Notes under the pieces: generated by a model
What the model saw: only the letters and a program-made list of their open reading frames with translations
Database searches by the model: none
What the model was told of the DNA's origin: nothing
Part shown: one piece after another, positions 21,835-33,100 of the stretch
Layout: each line of letters begins with the position of its first letter
Numbering within the stretch: the first letter of the stretch is position 1
Program-made: the position numbers and the translations under genes
DNA from: Chiloscyllium plagiosum
Taxonomy: Eukaryota
DNA: 34,406 nt
Direction: 5' to 3'
Assembly (NCBI RefSeq): GCF_004010195.1
Contig: NC_057757.1
Coordinates: 8,717,275-8,751,680, forward strand

Positions 21835-24625
21835 AACTAGTAGCAGGAGTCGACCATCTGGTCTTTCGAGCCTGCTCCACCATTCCATAAGACCATTGCT
21901 GATCTTTTTGATCCACTTGCCCACGCTCTCACCGTTTCCCTTAATTCCTTTATTTTTCAAACAAACGTCTAACTTGCTTTAAAAACGCTTACTGCATTAG
22001 TGCCAAAAACTTCCCTGGGCAAGAATTCTATAGATTAGCAACCCTCTAGGTGAAGAAGTTCCTTCTCAATTCAGTCCAAAATCTGCTCCATCTAATCTTG
22101 AGGCTATGCCCGCTTGTCCAAGCTTCACCTGGTAGTGGAAATATCCCCTCCACTTCTATTGTATCTATTCCCTTCATAATTTTATGATTCCATAAGATTC
22201 CACCCCCCCACCACCACCACCACTAATTATTCTGATTTCCAAAGAACATAATCCCAATCTACTGAGTCTCTCCTCATAAATTAACCTCCTCAACTCCAGA
22301 ATCAACCTCGTGAATCTCCTCTGCACCCACACCCTTCCCCAGTGCCAGTACATCCTTTCTCAGGTAAGGAGACCAAAGCTGCACACAGTACTCCAGATGT
22401 GGCCTCATAAGCACTTTGTACAGCTGCAACATAAACTCCCTGTTTTAAACTCAATCCTTTTAGCAATGAAGGAAATAATTCCATTTGCCTTGCTAATTAC
22501 TTATCATACCTTCAGACCAACCTTCTGTGATTCATGCACAAGGGCATCCACGTCCCTCTGCAGCATGCTCAAATTTTTACCATTCATTTAGACTTAGATT
22601 AGATTAGATTACAGTGTGGAAACAGGCCCTTTGGCCCAACAAGTCCACACCGACCTGCCGAAGCGTAACCCACCCATACCCCTACATCTACCCCTTACCT
22701 AACACTACAGGCAATTTAGTATGGCCAATTCACCTGACCCTGCACATCTTTGGATGGTGGGAGGAAACCGGAGCACCCGGAGGAAACCCACGCAGACACG
22801 GGAGAAAATGCAACTCCACACAGTCAGTCGCCTGAGGCGGGAATTGAACCCGGGTCTCTGGCGCTGTGAGGCAGCAGTGCTAACCACTGTGCCACCGTGC
22901 CGCCCACTATTCATATAATAATCCTTTTTTAATATTACTCCTAACAAAATGTATGACCTCGCATTTATTTAAATTGTATTGCATTTGCCAGACCCTTGCC
23001 CACTCACTCAATGTATCTATGCTTCTCAACAAAGTTTCACAGTCCTCTGCACACTTTGCTTTTCCACTCATCTTAGTGTCATCTGCAAACTTTGACATAC
23101 TACACATGGTCCCAACTCCAAATCATCTATAGATTGTGAATAATTGCCGTCCCCACACTGATTTCTCTGGCACACCACTCATCACTGATTACTAGCCGGA
23201 ATAGTACTCATTTATCCTCATCCTTTGATTCCTGTTAGTCTACAAATCCACTATCCATGCTAATACTTTGCCTCAATGCCTGCATCCTTCTCTTATGCAG
23301 AAGCCTCTTGTGTGGCTACTTGTCAAAGGCCTTTTCAAAATCTAGGTACACCACAATCATTGGGTTCCCACTGTCTACATTGCTCATAGTTTCTCCATCG
23401 AATTCCACAAGATTTATCAAGCAATGCCTGCCCTTCGTGAACCCATGCTGCATCTGCCCAATAGGACAACTTCTATCAAGATGCCCTATTATTTCTTCAT
23501 TGATAATTATCTCAAGCATCTTCCCCACAACAGAGAATAAGCGAACCGGTCTATAATTCGTCATCCTTTGCCTATCGCCCTTTTTAAACAGTGGTATCAT
23601 ATGTGCTGTTTTTCAATCTCCTGGGACTGCCCCAGATTCCAGCGAATTTTGGAAAATTACCACAAGTGCACCTACTATTTCTCCCGCCATCTCTTTCAGT
23701 ACCCTGGGAAGAATTCCATCAGGGACAGGAGACCTGACTATTCTTAGATCCACTAGCTTGTTTAATACTACCACTTCCATAATAATGCTTGTTTCTAGGT
23801 CCTCACCTACTCTTTGTCAATTACTGGTTTGTTATTAGTGTCCTCCACTGTGAAGACCGGCACAAAATACCTACTCAATGCTTGGCCATTCATCATATCC
23901 CATAATTAAATGCACCTTCTCATCCTCTAAAGGACCAATATTTACTTTAGCCACTCTTTTTCGTTTTATATTTTATAGAAACTTCCACTATGAATCTTTA
24001 TATTCTGTGCTAGTTATTCTTTCATGTTCGACCTTACCTTTCTGTTGACATTTAATGATTTCCCAAACTTCTAGTTTCGTGCTGTTTTTGGCCATGTTGT
24101 ATGTCTTCTCTTTCAATTTGTTCGCTTCCCTTATTTCCTTAGACATCAGTGTCAGATTACACTTTTCTTACGGTCCTTCCTTTTCACTGGAACATACTTT
24201 TGCTGAGACCCATCAAAAATTGCTTTGGAAGTCCTCCACTGTTCGTCAACTGTCTCATCATAAAACCTTTGTTTCCAGCTTACTTTAGCCAAGTCCTCCA
24301 TCATTCTATTGTGGTCCCCCTTGTTCAAGCACAGGAGCCTGGTCTTGGATTTAATCTTCACACTCTCCATCTTTATTCTAAATTCAACCATAATGTGATT
24401 ACCCCTTCCGAGAGGATCCCTAACTATGAGGTTATTAATTATTCTTGTTTCATTACACCGGACCAGATCCAGGATAGCTTGCTCCCTCGTTGGTTCCATT
24501 ACATACCGTTCAAGAAAAGTGTCACGGACACACTCAACTAACTCATCTTCAGGGTTACACTAATTGAGCTAGTTCGACCAATCTATATATAGATTAAAAT
24601 CTCCCATGATAATTGCTGTACGATT
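21835..24625 (-). mobile_element. Long CR1 ORF2 relic (endonuclease end, RT, 3' UTR) interrupted by an HE1 SINE
   Basis: EPTREQAILDLV..DPLGRGNHIMVEF (24152-24499); PLFKKGDRQRMTNYRPV..QHGFTKGRHCLINL..VYLDFEKAFDK (23316-23600); SKFADDTKM..WQMQYNLNKCEVIHF (22907-23107). The 3' UTR lies at 21835-21905. Confidence 0.95.
22588..22905 (-). mobile_element. Full-length young HE1 (V-SINE) element
   Basis: The minus strand starts GGGCGGCACGGTGGCACAGTGGTTAGCACTGCTGCCTCACAGCGCCAGAGACCCGGGTTCAATTCCC (A and B boxes), includes the V-domain GGGTTTCCTCCGGGTGCTCCGGTTTCCTCCCA, and ends in a (TCTAA)n tail. TSD ACCATTCAT (22579-22587) / ACTATTCAT (22906-22914). Confidence 0.95.
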
Positions 24626-26073
24626 TTTACAGACAAAAAGGCTTGGTCATCTACCAAAGGTTGAAGTTTTAGTTGTTGGCTGTTCAGTTCCAGTTTGTAC
24701 GAATTTCTATGCTGCCAGTTTTGTTAATTGTTATGATACGGGCGTCGAGCCCCTCTTTAAATTATATAAAAATACCCAGAAAAGCTCACCTCACATCATA
24801 ATCTTTTAAAATGTGAGTGATGGCGAACTCACCTTGCAGCACTCTCACAGGCAATGCCTCAATTTCAGGGTGTCAGCATTAACCGAGTGACAAATCATTA
24901 CAGGGTCAGTACTGGGGTATTACAGCGCTGTCAGCAGGTTAGGTGAGGGGCAGTGCTATACTATCATAGTGTCAGTAATGAGGCAGTGCCTGTTTGTTAG
25001 AGAGTTGATGCTGAGACAGTGTCCCATTGTAAGGGATGAGAACTGAGGATGTGTCACATGCTCAAAGCATCAGTCCTGAGGACTGTCATCCTGAAGAAGA
25101 GCCTCATAATCAGAGGGGCAAGATTGTGAGAGCGCCGTACTATTAAGAGATTCTATTCTAAGACTGTGCTCCAAACGTGTGCTGGGGCACTGCATTTTTA
25201 TCAGAGAGTTAGTACTGAGGGAGTGCCTATTGGAAGGCAGTCAGAATTGAGCATATATCAGGCATTGGATCGTCAGTCCTTAGATTGTCACTGGGTCAGC
25301 TCAGAGGCAATGCTTCAATGTTAAATGTCACTCCATCAGTCTGACACTCTGACAGTGCTACCATACTTCAATACTGACCCTCTCATCGCGTGACATTCCC
25401 TAAATACCCTCACATTGAAGCACTACCACAGCGTTGGTCATCTGACAATGATATATTCCTTCAATATTAACCACCTGACAACAATGCCCTCTCACAGTTC
25501 TGACCATCTGACATTCCTGACCAGCTAAGCATGTGGCCTCCTTCAATTAGTATACAGCACCACTAACTGGGATAATTAGAGCAGGACATCAGTAAATGGG
25601 AGAATTGGGGCACAGTGCCACTAAATTAGAGCACTGGAGAAGATCTCCTCTAAATGTTAGAATAAGGCCAGGGCATCAGTAAATGCTCTCTGCCAGAATT
25701 AACATTCTAACAAAGAGGCACTGCCTCAGAACTGACCCTTTATCTAATGAATCACTCCTTAAGTATGGAACCTCAAACAATGTACTGCCTCAGGGCTGAC
25801 CATTAACAATGAGGCATCTCTCAGTACTTACCCACCGAAAATAGCATAATCTGACAGTTATGTTACTATGACAGTGGCACACTGTCTGTTCGCAGTACTG
25901 AGGGGATGCTGTATTTTCAGGGGCTGAGTACTGAAGGAGTGCTGCACTGCCATAGTATTGACCATTTAACAATGAGTTAATCCCCTCGAGCTGAACCGAT
26001 GACAATATAGCTCTCCCTCAGCACTGACCTTGTAGTCAATAGCACTCCCTACATTCTGACAGCTGACTTTCTT

Positions 26074-26447
26074 ATATTAAAGGATTGGACACTCTGGAGG
26101 CAGGAAACATGTTTCTGCTGATGGGTGAGGGCCGAACCAGAGGACACAGCTTAAAAATACTGGGTAGACCATTTAGGACGGAGATGAAGAGAAACTTCTT
26201 CATCCAGAGATTGGTGGCTGTGTGGAATGCTCTGCCCCAGAGGACAGTGGAGGGCCAGTCTCTGGACTCATTTAAGAAAGAGTTGGAGAGAGCTCTCAAA
26301 GATAGTGGAATCAAGGGTTATGGAGATAAGGCAGGAACAGGATACTAATTAAGGATGATCAGCCATGATCATATTGAATGGTGGTGCAAGCTCGAAGGGT
26401 AGAATGGCCTACTCCTGCACCTATTGTCTATTTTCTATTGTTTATTG
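26074..26447 (+). mobile_element. Young 5'-truncated CR1 3' end inserted in the satellite
   Basis: Open C-terminus RTRGHSLKILGRPFRTEMKRNFFIQRLVAVWNALPQ..FKKELE, an intact 3' UTR and a (CTATTGT)n tail. Confidence 0.95.
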
Positions 26448-28061
26448 AGGCACCGCCTCAGTATTGATTGTCTCTGACTCATGCACTCCCTCAGAACTGA
26501 CACTGTGACAAATGCACTGCCTCAGAACGGACCATGTGACAAGGCGGCACTGCCTCAGAACTGACACTTAAAAATTGAGGCATTCCTCAGTATTTACTCT
26601 CTGAAAATAATACACTCTGACAGTTCTGTTCCTCTGACAGCAGCACGAAGCAAATGCTATATTTTCGGAGACTCAGTACTAAGAGAGTGCTGCACTGCCG
26701 GAGAATCAGTACACAGGTCACGCTGCACTGCCGGAGAGTCAGTACTGAGGGTTTGCTGTACTGTTGGAAAGTCAGTGCTCAGAGATTGCTGCACTGTTAG
26801 TAAGTCACTGATGATAGGGTGCTGAACTTTCACAGACTCAGTGCTGAGGGAGTGCTGCATTTTCAGTGTCATCACTGACGGAACTCTGAACTGTTGAAGG
26901 GCTGATATTAAGAGAGTGCTGCACTGTCAGTGGGTCAACACAGATAGTGCTCACCCACTGCCAAAGAGGCAGTGCCTCAAACTGACCTTCTAACAAATAG
27001 GCATTCCCTCAGTACAGACCGTCTGACATTGTGCACTACCTCAATGCTGATCCTGGAAACATGCATCACTCTCTCAATTCTGACTCAATTGAAATGAGGC
27101 ACTGGCTCAAATAGATCCACTGACAAGGATGCCCGCACACAGTACTGACTCTCTGACAGAGATGCAATACCTCAGTACTAACCTCTGATCATGAGGTACG
27201 ATCTCAATTCAGACCCCATTATCACATGTCGTTACTTCGGTATTGATCATCTGACAATAAGGCACTCCCTTACTCAGCACTGTCATGTTGAGAATGAGGC
27301 CCTCCCTCAGTAATGACTCTCTAACAAAAGGCAGACCCTCAGTACTGACCCTCTGATAGACTTGCAGTTCCCCAGTACTGACCAGCATTTCATGAGACGC
27401 ACACTCAATTCTGACTCACTTATCATGATGCAATCCCTCAAGACTGAAAGACTGATAACAAGACCCTCCCTCAGAACTGATAAACTGACAGTGTTGCAAT
27501 TTCTCAGTTTTACTTATCTAATCACACAGCACTCTCTCAATTCTGATCCCATTATGTTGAGGTATAGCCTCAGAACAAAATTTCTGAAAATTTGGCATAT
27601 TTTCAGAACTGAATCTCTAACAATGAGGTACCTTCTCAATATTGACTCTCTAATCATAATGCACTCCCTCAGTACTGACCCTCTGTCAGTGCAGCACAGC
27701 ATTAGCACTGGCCTCCTGACAGAGCTGCATACCTTAGGACTGGCATTCTAAATAGGAGACACACCCTCAATTCTGACTGTCTTACAAGGAGGCACTGACT
27801 CATTTTTTAACCATCTGGCAAAGAAAGCACTTAATCTGAACTGACCCTTCGACAAACAGGAACTCCCTCGGACTGAACCTGTGACGGAGCTATGGGAATT
27901 CCTCAGTACTGTCCCTATAATTGTGAGGCATTTCCTCAGTTCTGACCAGCTTACAATGAGACACTTCTTCAGGACTGACCCTCTAACAATGAGGCACTCC
28001 TTCAGTACTGACAATGAGGCCTCCCTCAGACATGATCAACTTCAAATTCTCGATACCGACC

Positions 28062-28952
28062 CACAGTGGTTAGCATTGCTGCCTGTGGTGTAAAATTATG
28101 TCCCAATACATGTGTGAATCATTATGCAACACATGTATTGGGCCAAGCAGTGGAATGTGGTGAAAGGGTTAAATTGTGTCCCAATACATGTGTGAATCTA
28201 ACCGAAAATGGAAGGTGTCGCTTAGTCCCGTGTGAATCTTGTTATACACCTTCCCGTGTGAATCTTCTTATCTGTATGTAACCAGAATGGAATGTGTTTT
28301 TTAGCCTTGCTCTGCTGTTCACATGAATGTTTATATCTGGAAAAGGGTATATCAGCTGGAGAAGTCTCCAGTTCGGTAGAGTCTGCTCCGGGGTTACGTT
28401 TAACCGCCGAGCGTGGGTTGTTGGCAACCGCTCTACGAGAACTGACGGCTCCCAGTTTTGGTAACATGTAGAGTGAGTATAAGCCAGACCCGTTGTAAGT
28501 ACGAGACTGGTTGTGGGGACACTGCGGGGAATAAAACACTTATATTCTAGCAGACTCGCCTCTTGGCTGTTTGTTCTGTGTCAGACTACTTTCCTGCGAG
28601 CCTGGTCCTTGACCTTGAGAATTTTTTAAAACACTGCCTCACAGCCGCAGGAACGCATGTTAAATTTCTGCCTCAGGCCACTGTCAGTGTGGAATTTGAA
28701 CATTCTCCCCATATCTGCATGGGTTTCCTTTGGGTGCTCTGGTTTCCTCCCACAATCTGAAGATGTGAAGGTTAGTGAAATGGCCACATAAATTGCCCAT
28801 GGGTGTTCAAGGATGTGTCGGTCAGGTACATTAGTTAGGGGTAAAAGTAGAGTATTTGGGTAGAGGAATAGTTCTGGGTGGGTCACTCTTCGGACTGTCG
28901 GTGTGGACTTTGTTGAGCCTAATGGCCTGTTTCCACACAGTGGAGAGTCTAA
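28062..28952 (+). mobile_element. HE1 (V-SINE) copy split by a solo LTR (28062-28083 plus 28634-28952)
   Basis: CACAGTGGTTAGCATTGCTGCC | CTGCCTCACAGC..GGGTTTCCTTTGGGTGCTCTGGTTTCCTCCCACAATC..GGCCTGTTTCCACAC, colinear with the copy at 22588-22905. Confidence 0.9.
28084..28633 (+). mobile_element. Intact 550-bp solo LTR (LTR retrotransposon or ERV)
   Basis: It begins TG and ends CA, with a perfect 5-bp TSD CTGCC (28079-28083 / 28634-28638). It has U3-like direct repeats, TATA-like TATATC near 28332 and 28348, and AATAAA at 28530-28535. Confidence 0.88.
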
Positions 28953-29524
28953 AAAGACAATGTGCATCTTAATATGGTCAGATTTGATCGAGTGCCATAT
29001 TGTCAAAGGGCATTCCTGAGGCAACACACATTTGTCAGTTTTGAGTGCGTTGATCCTCTGACCCTGTTATTTTGTAGCCATATCGCAGTATTGTCCCTAC
29101 AACTATGAGGCATTTCCTCTGTATTGTCCCTCTGACTATGAGGAACTGTCAGGACTAACCTTCCCAGTAATGCGTTACTGCCAATAGACTGACCCAGCTT
29201 AGAGGCTTGGAGGGCCGAAGGGCCTGTTCCAGTTCTGTCAGGCGATTCCCTCTTTGTTCTCTTTGAAGTTGGGCCTCACAATTAGGTGGCCAGTACCAGG
29301 GTATTGTATCTCCATCAGAGGGTCAGTGCTAAAGGACTGCCTCATTCTCAGAAAGTCAGTTGCGAGGGAAGGCCTCATGATCAGAGGGTCCGCCTTACTG
29401 TGAGGAATTCATCGCTCAGAGTATGCCACTTTGTCAGAGGATTGGTTCCGACGCAATACCTCAATGTGATGCTGTCAGAACTGAGGGAGAGCTGCATGAT
29501 TAGAAGCTGAGGGCTGAGACATCT

Positions 29525-30105
29525 TTTGGAGTCCGGGGGCGGCCGTCCTTCGGGGAGAGAGCGCTTTGGGACTTCGTGCTTCGACGCACAGTTTCTGCAT
29601 CACTTTCCCCTCTCTGTCTGTGAGGATTTCTCATTCTGGTCCATATTATTCTGTCTGGTGACACCAGGAGGCGGTACATTTTCCGTATTTGTATTAAGGG
29701 TTATTTCTCTTGAACGGGGAGTTTTTCCCTGAAGCAGCTGCGAACGGTCACTTGGGGCACGAGGCGGCCGTTAACCGCCATCTCCCGCGCGCGGGGCCTG
29801 AGGGGGTGGGGCCTGGAGCTAAATTGGCGGCGGCCGGCCACAACCAGAAAGGGGCAGCCTCGGCGGAAGAGCGGACTGTGTCAACAAAGTGCCGTTCCTG
29901 AAAGTAATGATGGTGGTTAATGCGGTGTGTCCGGAGGGCCGACTGTCTGAACAAAGTGACGTTCGTAATGGAATGATGTTAGTTGTTGGGGGTGGAGGCG
30001 GAGAGAAGAGATTCCGCTGGAGTCAATCCCATTTCGCAACGTTGGAATGGTAATAAAAACCGGCCCCAGTCTTGCCTCGATCTTCCTGATCCGGGATGTA
30101 CTGCC
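29525..30105. promoter_or_regulatory. CpG-island-like promoter candidate
   Basis: Dense CpGs (GCGGCCG, CCCGCGCGCGGGG, GGCGGCGGCCGGCC), a GC box GGGGTGGGGC, YY1-like CCGCCATCT and AAATTGGCGGC, and ETS-like GCGGAAG, in an otherwise CpG-poor window. Confidence 0.6.
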
Positions 30106-33100
30106 AGGGCCAACGATGTGGAGGTGTTGATCATAGGGATGTACTGTTATGTTTCGTGTTGTAGAGGTCCTGGTCATAGGGGTGAACTGTCAGGGTCAGT
30201 GATGTGGAGGAGCTGATCATAGGGATGCATTCTGAGGGTTAGCGATGTGGAGGTGCTGATCATACGGTTGCACTGTTATTGTTAGTGATGTAGAGGAGCT
30301 GATCATAGGGACACACTCAGTATTAGTGAGGTGGAGGGTCTGATCATAGGAATGCACTGTCAGTATGAGTGATGTGGAGGTGTTGATCATAGGGATGCAC
30401 TGACAGGGTTAGTGATGCGGAGGTGTTGTGTTGATCATAGGGATGCACTGACAGGGTTAGTGATGCGGAGGTGTTGATCATAGGGATGCACTGTCAGGGT
30501 GTGTGATGTGGAAGTGATGAGCAAAGTGATGCACTGTCAGGGTTAGTGATATGGATGAGCTGATCATAGAGAAGCACTGTCAGGGTTGGTGATGTGGAGG
30601 TACTAATCATGGGGATGCACTGTCAGGGTAGTGATGTGGAGGTGCTCATAAAAGGAATTAACTGCCAGGGTTAGTGATGTGGAGGTGCTGATCAAAGGGA
30701 TGCACTGTCAGTGTTTGTAATGTGGAGGAGCTGATCACAGGGATTCACTGACAGGGTTAGTGAAGTGGAAATGCTGATCATAGGGATGCACGATCAGGGT
30801 TAGTGATGAGGAGGAGCTGATCATGGGGATGCACAGTCAGTGTTAGTGATGTGGAGGTGATGATTGTTGGGATGCAATGTCAGGGTTAGTGTTGTGGAGG
30901 TGCTGATCATATGGATGCACTGTCAAGGGTAGTGATGTGTAGGGGATGATCAAAGGGATGTACTGTCTGGGATAGTGATGTGGAGGTGCTGATCATAGGG
31001 ACGCACTGTTAGTATGAGTGATGTGGAGGTGTTTATCATAGGGATGCATTGACAGGGTTAGTGATGCGGAGGTGCTGATCATAAGGATGTACTGTCAGGG
31101 TGTGTGATATGGATGAGCTGATCATAGAGATGCACTGTCAGGGTTGGTGATGTGGAGGTACTAATCATGGGGATGCACTGTCAGGGTTAGTGATGTGGAG
31201 ATGCTCAGAAAATGAATTAACTTCCAGGGTTAGTGATGTGGAGGAGCTGATCATAGGAATTCACTGTCAGGGTTAGTAATATGGAGGTGCTGATCACAGG
31301 GATGCATTGACAGGGTTAGTGAAGTGGAGGTGCTGATTATAGGGATGCACTGTCTGGGGTAGAGATGTAGAGATGCTGTTCATAGGGTGCACTGTCAGGA
31401 TGAGGGATGTGGAGGTGCTGATCAAAGGGATGCACTGTCAAGGTTTGTAATGTGGAGGAGCTGATCATAGGGATTCACTGTCAGGGTTAGTGAAGTGGAG
31501 GTGCTGATTATAGGGATGCACTGTCTGGGGTAGAGATGTAGAGATGCTGATCATAGGGTGCATCGTCAGGATGAGGGATGTGGAGGTGCTGATCATGGGG
31601 ATGTATAGTCAGTGTTAGTGATGTGGAGGTGATGATTGTTGGGATGCACTGTCAGGGTTAGTGACGTGGAGGTGATGATCATTGGGTGCACTGTCAGGGT
31701 GAGTGATGTGGAGTTGCTGATCATATGGATGCACTGTCTGGGTCAGTGATGTGGAGGTGCTGATCATGGGGATGCACGGTCAGTGTTAGTGATGTGGAGG
31801 TGATGATCATTGGGTGCACTGTCAGGGTGAGTGATGTGGAGTTGCTGATCATATGGATGCAATGTCTGGGTCAGTGATGTGGAGGTGCTGATCATAGGGA
31901 TGCACTGTCATACTTAGAGATGTGGAGGTGATGAGCATAGCAATGCACTCTCATGGTTAGTGATATTGAAGCCCTGATCATAGGGATGCACTGTCAGGGT
32001 TAGTGATGTGGGGGAGCTGATCATAGGGACGCACTGTCAGGGTTAATGATGTGGAAGTGCTGATCATAGGGTGCTCTGTCAGGGTTAATGATGTGGAAGT
32101 GCTGATCATAGGGACGCACTGTCAGGGTTAGTGATGTGGGGGAGCTGATCATAGGGACGCACTGTCAGGGTTAATGATGTGGAAGTGCTGATCATAGGGT
32201 GCTCTGTCAGGGTTAGTGATGTGGAAGTGCTGATCATAGGGATGCACTGTCAGGGTTAGTGATGTGGGGGAGCTGATCATAGGGACGCACTGTCAGGGTT
32301 AGTGATGTGGAAGTGCTGATCATAGGGATGCACTGTCAGGGTTAGTGATGTGGGGGAGCTGATCATAGGGACGCACTGTCAGGGTTAGTGATGTGGAAGT
32401 GCTGATCATAGGGTGCTCTGTCAGGGTTAATGATGTGGAGGTGCTGATCAAAGGGATGCACTGTCAAGGTTTGTAATGTGGAGGTGCTGATCACAGAGAC
32501 TCACTGTTAGGGTTAGTGAAGTGGGGTTGCTGATCATAGGGGTGCACTGTTAGGGTTAGCAATGTGGAGGTGCTGATCATAGGGATGCATTTTCAGGGTT
32601 ACTGATGTGGAGGACCTGATCATAGGGATGCACTGTCTGGGTTTGTGATGTGTAGGTACTGATCTAAGAGATGCACTGTCAGGGTGAGTGATGTGGACGT
32701 GCTGATCATTGGGATGATCTAACAGATTTGGTGATGTGGAGGTGATGATTGTCGGGATGCACTGTCAGCGTTAGTGATGTGGAAGTTCCGACCATAGGGA
32801 TGAACTTTCAGGGTAAGTGATGTGGACGTGATGACCAGAGAGATTCAGAGGGTAAGAGATGTGGAGGCGCTGACCATAGAGATGCACTGTCAGGGTTACT
32901 GATATGGAGGTGCTGATCATAGTGATGCACTGTCAGAGTTAGTGAAGTGGAGCTGCTGATCACAGGGATGCACTGTTAGTGTTTGTGATTGGAGTTGCTG
33001 ATCATGGGAAGGCACTGTCAGGAATAGTGATTTGGAGGGGCTGATCATCCTGATGCAATGTCAGGGATAGTGATGTGGAGGTGCTGCTCTTAGGGATGCG

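Larger units (their letters stand above)
24860..29520. repeat. Degenerate 33-bp tandem satellite (consensus about ACTGACCCTCTGACAGTGCAGCACTCCCTCAGT) in blocks of alternating orientation, with embedded TEs
   Basis: TCAGT recurs at 26706, 26739 and 26772 (period 33). The 11-aa periodic pseudo-ORFs (STDPLTVQHSL-like) come from this repeat. Confidence 0.9.

Noticed and set aside
22834..22905. Functional tRNA gene
   Set aside because: It is the tRNA-derived head of an HE1 SINE, continuous with the V-domain and tail.
24729..24830. LTR beginning TGTTATGATAC
   Set aside because: Only a possible 5' terminus is visible, with no matching CA end, poly(A) signal or TSD.
26657..28093. ORFs with 11-aa periodicity as a repeat protein
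   Set aside because: They are a by-product of the 33-bp (3x11) satellite; they occur on both strands and are broken by stops.
29526..30216. Short ORFs in the GC-rich island as real CDS
   Set aside because: They overlap on both strands, have no recognisable domain, and are expected from high GC content. A short first coding exon cannot be excluded.
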